A DNA stretch of 57,237 nucleotides, counting the filler, from Catajapyx aquilonaris (taxonomy: Eukaryota): the NCBI GenBank assembly GCA_000934665.2. It is 3 parts of 3 records of this genome, joined end to end, with 100 filler letters (N's around TTAATTAATTAA, not from the genome) between each part and the next. Parts side by side here need not be neighbours in the genome. Positions count along the whole stretch, not along the records: positions 38,248 to 57,237 come from JYFJ02006553.1; 2 more parts are not named here. One strand, 5' to 3'. The notes under the pieces are model-generated. The model saw only the letters and a program-made list of their open reading frames with translations, searched no databases and had not been told where the DNA came from. Shown piece by piece: positions 49,758 to 57,237 of the stretch (the first letter of the stretch is position 1; every line of letters begins with the position of its first letter). A program made the translations under genes and the position numbers.

Positions 49758-51337
49758 TAAACAAACAACGTAGCATGGTAGTCATCTTCTTCTAGCGAAC
49801 CTGATAATTTCATCTTTGACGAAGAAACGATCGCATGTGAAAAAAGAGAACCTTTTTAAACTAAAGGGTCTGACTTTTTTCGCCGGTTAGTGACACAGCG
49901 GTGTGATCTCGAGATCGGTCTCAATAAGCGCCAGTCCTCATTTCCCACCATCCCTTTGGTTGTAAATCAGTGTTGTCGTGGGCATGACCACGGACAACTG
50001 TAATGTGGGTTACTCAGTGACAGATGTGCATCGCATAATCGACACGACGGCCTGTGTTCGAGCTCCACACTGTCTGCTGGTCTCAAGACCGGTCTTCCCA
50101 ACAACACTTCTTATTTCCACTCTGCTTCGTTTACGTAACAATAAATAATACCACGTGCTAGGGTTAAACCAATTATGTACATCCAGCAAGAGCCAATGGC
50201 TACCTCCCACAAACTAACTATTGTATACCTGTATGAATAATACCGGTATTTATTTTTGGGTTCATTGCAGGATTGACGTATTTTAGCACTGTATGAGACT
50301 ATAAGTTATGTTACACATTGTGAAACTGACCAGCATGTCAAATGTAACTCATGTCATTGTGATATATTGGTATGGTAATAATTATGGATTACTGGTTTCG
50401 TTCTTTACCTGTTAGTAAAATGACCATGCTACCAGATAATTATTTTTTAACACTAGAGAGGAAAGTGTACAGGTATCGGATCAAGACCGTTATGGTGTGT
50501 GCAATGTGAGAAACCTTTATTTTTCTCAAGTGTTATTAATTTCTCTCTTCTTAATCTTAATGCTCTTCTTCTTCCTCTTCCTATTTTTCTTCCTCTACTA
50601 ACTTCATGGTGATGTGTGGCACCCTTATGGCCTTGGAGGGACCATGCTGTGTCACTGCATGGGTCGAGTGGCAATAATGACGATGGTGATAGTCATTACA
50701 TAATTTTTGATAATAGTTCAGAAAATAGTAGTGACATTATACAGTAGTTCCACTTCGGAGATAGTTTGCATAGCTACATTTTATACCATTTTTTCACTGG
50801 TTTACGGTCTGTGACTCATTGTTTTTAACAAAAACTACATGCAAACTTCTTGGATAGTGATTTCAATGCGCATGGAGAATGTAAAGTGGCACATTCTTAT
50901 CGCCACAATAACATTAGTGGCCCGGTGGCATGACATGATACGGTGCATTATTTTGTGTGAGAAAGCGAAGCTTAGCTAACAATGTGGTTGGACTAGTAAA
51001 TCCTCAGCACATAAACCAAGCGTATAAATGATGCAGTAACATCAAATGATGCCCAAATCATTTCGATAACCATCTTGCTCATCAAATGGACCGCCCCCTC
51101 ATGATTTTAAGAGAAAAAAGGTAAGGCGGCCAGCGATGGTAAGGGCAGCATGACCTACAATACTCTTAATTAATTAATTCACTAGAAGAGGGCTTTTTGA
51201 ACTTGCTTTAATTAACTTGCACCAAAAATATAGTTAACGTCGTCACTGAAGGTAGAACTAGTAGGAAGCAGCATACTCAAGTCGAAGAGATCGACGTACC
51301 ACTCGAGTGCATTCCACCACTTATGTTTCTCCTCCAG

Positions 51338-51634
51338 GAAGTGCGATTCAAGGTTCACGACCCAAAGGCGCATTCGAAAGGAGGCATCCTCGAAAACACG
51401 GTGAACGGTCGTACCTCCGACGAAGAAGCCCAGCTGACAGGGCCTCTCTTGCTGTCACATGCGGCCAGGGACATGAGCAAGCTGTTTGGCATCACACCCT
51501 CAGACATCGACAAGTACTCGCGCATCGTGTTTCCTGTCTGTTTCGTATGCTTCAACCTCATGTACTGGGTCATCTACATGCACATCAGTGACGTTCTGGC
51601 AGACGATCTCGTCATGCTCAACGAAGGTTCATAA
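51338..51634 (+). CDS. Rdl: Rdl terminal coding exon (loop end, M4): [16 protein letters not shown]...[25 protein letters not shown]...NEGS*
   Basis: tttctcctccag acceptor, phase 0, stop TAA at 51632-51634. Confidence 0.97.
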   Translation, partial: EVRFKVHDPKAHSKGGILENTVNGRTSDEEAQLTGPLLLSHAARDMSKLFGITPSDIDKYSRIVFPVCFVCFNLMYWVIYMHISDVLADDLVMLNEGS

Positions 51635-52854
51635 ACGGTCAACCAAACTTCTCTTGGCGGTCGTGGCACGTGTGCCAATCTGTAATATTAGCGGTCGTGG
51701 CACATGTTCATAACTGTTCATGACTTGCTGCGTTACTTTCTATACCCTTTTTGTAACTTATTAAAACGGAACTCATTTGTAGGCGGACTTTTTGGACACC
51801 GTGTGATAGCAATTTTAGTCAATGGTAGCATTGGTACTTAAAACACTGGCCATGCCTAAGTCGTCTAATGATCCCGAACCAACCTACCCTTTCTATTCTT
51901 CTTCTTACGAATCAAACGGAGAGTTATAATTCAGTTTTGCAACTATTAGCCAACATTAGCGACGCAAAAGATGCCAATTTGCGCTAATGAAGCTTCGTCT
52001 TTTATGTCTGCATACAATAAGTATTAGCAGGCCTTTAAGTACCTCCATCTCTACTTTTTTCCTGATATCAGGTGGTGTTTAGTCTACAGCGATGCATTGT
52101 TTCAAAAGTGGTATTACCTTTATGCCAAAAACCAGCCACATTTATACCGAAGAGCGGATAACTGGGAGTAATGAAATAAGGTGATACCACACAACACATG
52201 GTTCCCTTATTCAGTTACTTGCAGACACAAATAACAATGGCCCTATAATACAACCTCGTTCTTTCTGCAAACAGCTTTTGAGCAACACAGTCATGCTCAT
52301 ATTATTTTCATTGTTATCCTTTGGACGCAGTGCTACTTGGACTTCCGTAAATTAACAGCAACGTTTATACAATCATGTTCCAAGAAAAATTAGATTATTT
52401 TGGCCCCCAAGTCAGTTATGGTGCTCAGGCGGAGGGAGAAAAGACGGTGGCAGTTTGGTAACCTCCGCTCTCGTGGGAGGACAAGAATCAATGAAAGTAA
52501 AGGTGGAATGCCATGATGCTCCAGGCTGCGCGACTGTGTTTGCGCTGTAGTCATTCGTGCTCCACCACTCTGAGTAACGTAATCTTTGCTTGACCATGAG
52601 AACCAAGAAGTTCCAAGCGTGGAAGAAAGAGAACCGACTTGTGTTATGCAGGTAGCTTATTTACAAGGGGTCAGGCTCAGCACTTATAGTGTATAACACT
52701 GTCTGAACTCCCTTTGGTTCGAAATACCGGAATAACGTGTACACGCAACCTTTATGGATGTCCCGCATGTTTACGAGAATCTATCCTTGTGGCATTTCAT
52801 CAATAATATGTTTAGAAATATATTGTCATATACATTTATTTATAGCTTATTTAT

Positions 52855-53100
52855 ATTTTATCTATCTATTTATTGATTTATATTATTTATTCATTCATAT
52901 TTTATCTATCTATTTATTTATTTATATTATTTATTCATTCATATTTTATCTATCTATTTATTTATTTATATTATTTATTCATTCATATTTTATCTATCTA
53001 TTTATTTATTTATATTATTTATTCATTCATATTTTATCTATCTATTTATTTATTTATATTATTTATTCATTCATATTTTATCTATCTATTTATTTATTTA
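52855..53100. repeat. AT-rich 44-bp minisatellite (~5.5 copies)
   Basis: Unit attttatctatctatttatttatttatattatttattcattcat. Confidence 0.9.
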
Positions 53101-53315
53101 TGTACTTATTGATTTTTATTTCATTTATTATTCCTTCCTCTTGTTACAAGGACAGCGCACTGTCTTGCTCAGCACACCTTGCTGTTTATTCAAACCTCGT
53201 ACGCGCTCTTATACTGTGTAGATGAGGAAGAGCATATAGTCCATCTTTGCAAGTCATTCACTTCCGAAAGGGCCCTAGGCCACCCTGCGACCCGCCACTA
53301 TTTGTCACAACATAC

Positions 53316-53547
53316 ATTATAATGGATATATTTAAGGAGGCTGGCCCAGCATTGCCTTTCAACCTCCAAGGATAGGGAAGTAAGGAAGCGGCTGTGGCCT
53401 ATTATACGGAAGCAACCCCGGAATTATCCTAGAAAGACCGTGGAAAACCACAGAAAACCACGGTCAAGGTTGCCGGCCCCGGGATTCGAACCCAGGACCT
53501 CCCGATTAGCAGTCGGACGCCTTATCCACTATGCCAACCAGCTTCGG
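53316..53547 (-). mobile_element. tRNA-derived SINE (head shared with the 12332 and 36489 copies, different tail)
   Basis: 14-bp TSD ttgtcacaacatac (53302-53315, 53548-53561); B box gggttcgaatccc on the minus strand. Confidence 0.85.
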
Positions 53548-53674
53548 TTGTCACAACATACTGTGTATAATACTGTAAGCCCTTCGAGAATGGCTCGTAT
53601 GGTTGTCTCGTGGGGAAGAATACTCACAAGTCAGAGCAGATAAGCTAGCTGAATTTCAATAGGTGTAATAGCTA

Positions 53675-53840
53675 CAGTACGATATAACGCTCCAGCATCT
53701 AACTATTTTCCTCTTTTAACGCCCCTTTTTCGATCCCTTGATCATTTCCATATGGTAAATTTTCCCACATATGACGCTATCACGATTATAACGCTACTTT
53801 TGGGCGGTCCCTTGAAGAGCGTTATATCGAAGTTTTACTG
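53675..53840. mobile_element. pogo/Tigger-like MITE remnant
   Basis: tacagta..cgatataacgct / agcgttatatcg..tactgta. Confidence 0.6.
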
Positions 53841-56212
53841 TATACCTTTTGTAAATCAATTCATGCTGTGTTTCCATCAAGAAAAAGCAGCCAAAGGGAA
53901 ATGTTTAAAATGAATGGGAGGGGGGAGGGCTTTTAAAAATAATACAGAAATTCTGTCACCATCTTCTAGTCTTCCAACACCAGCATCATAGCATTCTTAG
54001 ATGCTACTGGTGAGGTTCGACATAATGAACATTGAATAAAATTCTGAAGGGCTTCAGGATGGCCCAAAGAGTTTAGGAAGGTAATTAACTACATCACTCA
54101 ACTCAGACTCTCCTGCGGTGCAATTTACACTAGGTTTGACTGAAAAGTACAGGAAGTGATAAATATACAGTTTACTTACTTCCCTTGTGAGTCTCAAGCC
54201 CACTTGAACTATTGAAACTCGCAATATTGTTTCGAAGTGATTGAACCTGGGTAAAATGAATCTATCTTGTCAGCGAAAATTTATCGCGAAATTATTAACA
54301 CACAAAGTGATCGAATTTTATTTTATGGCATGACTGCAGAACGTACGGGGTTGGAAATGGCAATGTTTCTATCTGACGAATGCAATAATTTATACGACCC
54401 AATCAGGTGTGTCAAAAAAGACGCTGCAGATGTGGACACTGCGAGTCAGGAAAAAAGCAGTAAACAATGTGGCCCTCTGAAATATACCTCGAAATATCTA
54501 ATGTCAGAGAAGTGCTCCAAGTTCTGGTTCTTGATATTGTTGGGCAATTGGCCAGCTGCAAAATTTTATTGCAACTAAACTGTATTATAAATGGTGCTAC
54601 TTGTTATTATTTGACTGTTATCAACCATGATGGCGTTCTCGTTAATATCTCTAAATAATTTACATGGTGCTGCGACAGTAAGCTTCAAAATTTGTTCAAA
54701 TACAGTGAAGTATGCTGGGTTCATGTTATACCAATTCCTCGTGCAAACACACTTATTGTATGTGGCAACTATAGGGCAGTTGTGTAAGCCCAGTTGGAGG
54801 CTGCAAATTTTGCTATCTTTAATTTATTAATTTTATTACATTCGTTAAGGTTAAACTATCTCCTAGCACTTTTATCAGGCTAGTAGAGTTGGGAGAGTGG
54901 TTCGGGTGACAATTAATACGGTACTCAGCGTAACGAGAAAATGCACAATATCTGTATTGTGTACGATTAAGTTGATTTGCAGTCCCCTTGCAGCAAAGGA
55001 CCCCCCCCNGTGCGGATTTTCCATTGCATTTCATACGGTTTGGGTCAAAATTCTGCCAAGGATGATCTCTTTCTTCAAAATGAATACCGGTACCGTATAA
55101 TCTTGATATCCCCTTCAGAAACCAATTACGTTACCACTGAAGGTAAACCATGAATGGCGGAATGATTCTTGCTATTGCTATGCTCATTGTTGCCAACAAT
55201 CAATAAGAAGAATAAATTATCCATCCTTGCTGGTCAGAACTTACAAGGGAATTACCAAGGGAGGTCGCCTCCGCGGCTGAAACTTGCACGAGAGGTCAAC
55301 CATGTGCCACAAACACAGTGGTGAAAGTCCTAAGTGACCTTTTCCAGCCGTTTCCGAGATATGAGCCACAGAAGCATCCGAATTTTGGCCGCGAGTACAG
55401 GGGTAGGGCGGAAAAGAGACAAGTGCAAGGCCCGGCAGCTATGATTTTTCTGCCGGACGAGCAACTTATTCCGATCCTACAGGCAAGACTGCAGGCAAGT
55501 CGCTATCATCACGGATCCGCCCCTTGCAATCGTGGATCCGGGTCCCCCTCGCACGCGGCTGGTTGGAAATAACAGATACTTAGCAATAACTGTTATTTTA
55601 ACGCGCCATACTGACAAATAAATGTCTACTCAGTAGCAGATATTGTAATTCTGCTATCTGCAACTCGCTAAAGGCTAATGCGATTCCGCTATTCCGCTAT
55701 TAGTGTTGCCATAAATGACATGCACTTTTTGACTACGCCTTTGTAATTGGAGACCCCGTACTTTGACCTACTCCCCTAGGAGTGGATCCGCTGAAGAATA
55801 GGCGTGTATCCGCAAGGAAGGAAGGTTAGGTTGGGTTTGGTTTGGTTGGTACAGCGTACCCCAAAGTAGTCACGTGAAGCAGGAAAAATAAATACTACCA
55901 CACTGAAATTTTTTTAACACGCTAGCCTCACCCCTGCCGGATTCCGTACACTAACAAGAGAAATACCCCCGATTGCATGTCACCGATCGGGCCAAAAATT
56001 ACGTGTAGGTCAGGAATGAACACTACAATAAGCGTCTCCTCTCAAGTATTTTCGAGTAATTGGCAATTTAACTTGTTGAGGGCGACGACCATCATAGGAT
56101 GGCCGAGCATGACGTTCCCCAGGGCATACGACCATCATATCCGTGATCATATGATGGTTTGCTACTTGCGCGCTCATTTGTTCGCATAAAAAAAGGATCC
56201 AATGACATTTAA

Positions 56213-56859
56213 CACTTAATCACCAATGTGGGGTCTTTTTGGATCCCACAATGTAGTTAATAATTAATGTAATTAATGCGATTAATAAATTTTATATGAA
56301 ATGAAAAACGGCATGCCTATATTGCTCAGACATACTTTCTTCGATCCAATGAAAAATTTTGACATCAGTAGAAATTTTTTTAGCCGAGTTACCGGTACAT
56401 TTATGATGCCAAGCGTCCCTGTGGGGTCCAATATACCCCACGTCGTAGCCAATGTACATAATTTTTTAGAGAACACATCACAGCGCATCACAGCAAAAGT
56501 CTATTTTATAACGATTAGTGTGAGTGTTGTTATTCTGCAATAAATATTGCTAGGAACTAAAATCTTGCAGACCCTGCAGCTGGGAATGTTTACGTTATAA
56601 GCCATATTACTTACGGCATCGAGCTGGAAGGCTACGAAGGTGCGATAACGGAGTCTCAAGTCCCTTATGACTCAACTAATGGTCACAGGAGATCGATTTT
56701 TTTACACATACAGATGAGAATACACGCCGAATTTAGCAGGGAAGAATGACTTTAGTGCTATTAAGTACAAAAAAAAATTAAAAAATGAAAACTGCGTGGG
56801 GTCCGTAAAGACCCCACGTCGTAGCCAATGTATGGCATATTCACGTTGGTGATTAAGTG
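56213..56859. mobile_element. piggyBac-like non-autonomous element
   Basis: TTAA|cacttaatcaccaatgtg ... cacgttggtgattaagtg|TTAA; internal repeats gtggggtcc..accccacgtcgtagccaatgta. Confidence 0.8.
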
Positions 56860-57039
56860 TTAACCTGCTCTTGCCATGCCATCTCGTGGTTGGTAGTTCA
56901 ACTATCACGCACTGTTTGATTTGCTTGAATCAGCGAGGTAAGATGGATGCTGCTGCCCCCTGTTGCCTGATACAAATCCCTGGGAGAGCGAATGTTGAGA
57001 GCAGCCCTATGACACTCCTCGAAAAAGCCGCCTAATTCC

Positions 57040-57237
57040 TGTGTGTGGGTGTGTGTGTGTGGGTGTTCAGGTCTCGCATAGGGTCTGGGGACCAAGGTTG
57101 GCGTTTTGACTGTAGCTCTGGGGACATTCTCCATATTGTGAGGACATTTCGCGTCCCCATGCAAAAACGCCTGGTGGGGTACTGCTTCAGTGGGGACATG
57201 TCCCCACAATTCCGTTATGTAGGGTTTTACAAAAGTC
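57040..57237 (-). mobile_element. Third (CA)n-associated element, cut by the window edge
   Basis: (GT)n flank, tggggac repeats and gtggggacatgtccccac as in the 10623 and 35976 copies. Confidence 0.65.

Noticed and set aside
52855..53100. Regularly spaced repeats resembling a CRISPR array
   Set aside because: Head-to-tail tandem units with no unique spacers, no cas genes, eukaryotic context; likewise for 26470-28090.
52737..53225. 162-aa hydrophobic repetitive ORF
   Set aside because: Translation of the 44-bp AT-rich minisatellite.

Overview
Eukaryotic, repeat-rich arthropod genomic DNA (species not determinable from sequence alone). Two identical 100-bp spacers (44 N + TTAATTAATTAA + 44 N, at 19007-19106 and 38148-38247) are artificial joins, so the window is three segments whose adjacency is unproven. 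Segment 3 (38248-57237) holds the 3' two-thirds of an Rdl-type GABA-gated chloride channel gene on the + strand: the Cys-loop exon, duplicated mutually exclusive exons 6a/6b, the M1-M3 exon with susceptible Ala at the 2' position, the loop exon, a candidate 120-nt loop cassette exon, and the terminal M4 exon. Segment 2 holds a compact two-exon type I membrane protein gene (signal peptide, acidic Ser-Gly motif, mucin stalk, one Ig domain, TM). Segment 1 holds two spliced minus-strand exons of an unknown gene and a heavily decayed USP-like protease remnant. The rest is tRNA-derived SINEs (one V-SINE-like), Tc1/mariner, pogo, hAT, PIF, piggyBac and Helitron derivatives, large foldback elements and microsatellites. 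The most interesting signals are possible competing RNA stems around Rdl exon 6a/6b, the extra loop exon, and a dsRNA-forming MITE between the two exons that carry the Drosophila Rdl editing sites. All alignments were done by eye; element boundaries without a stated TSD are approximate.
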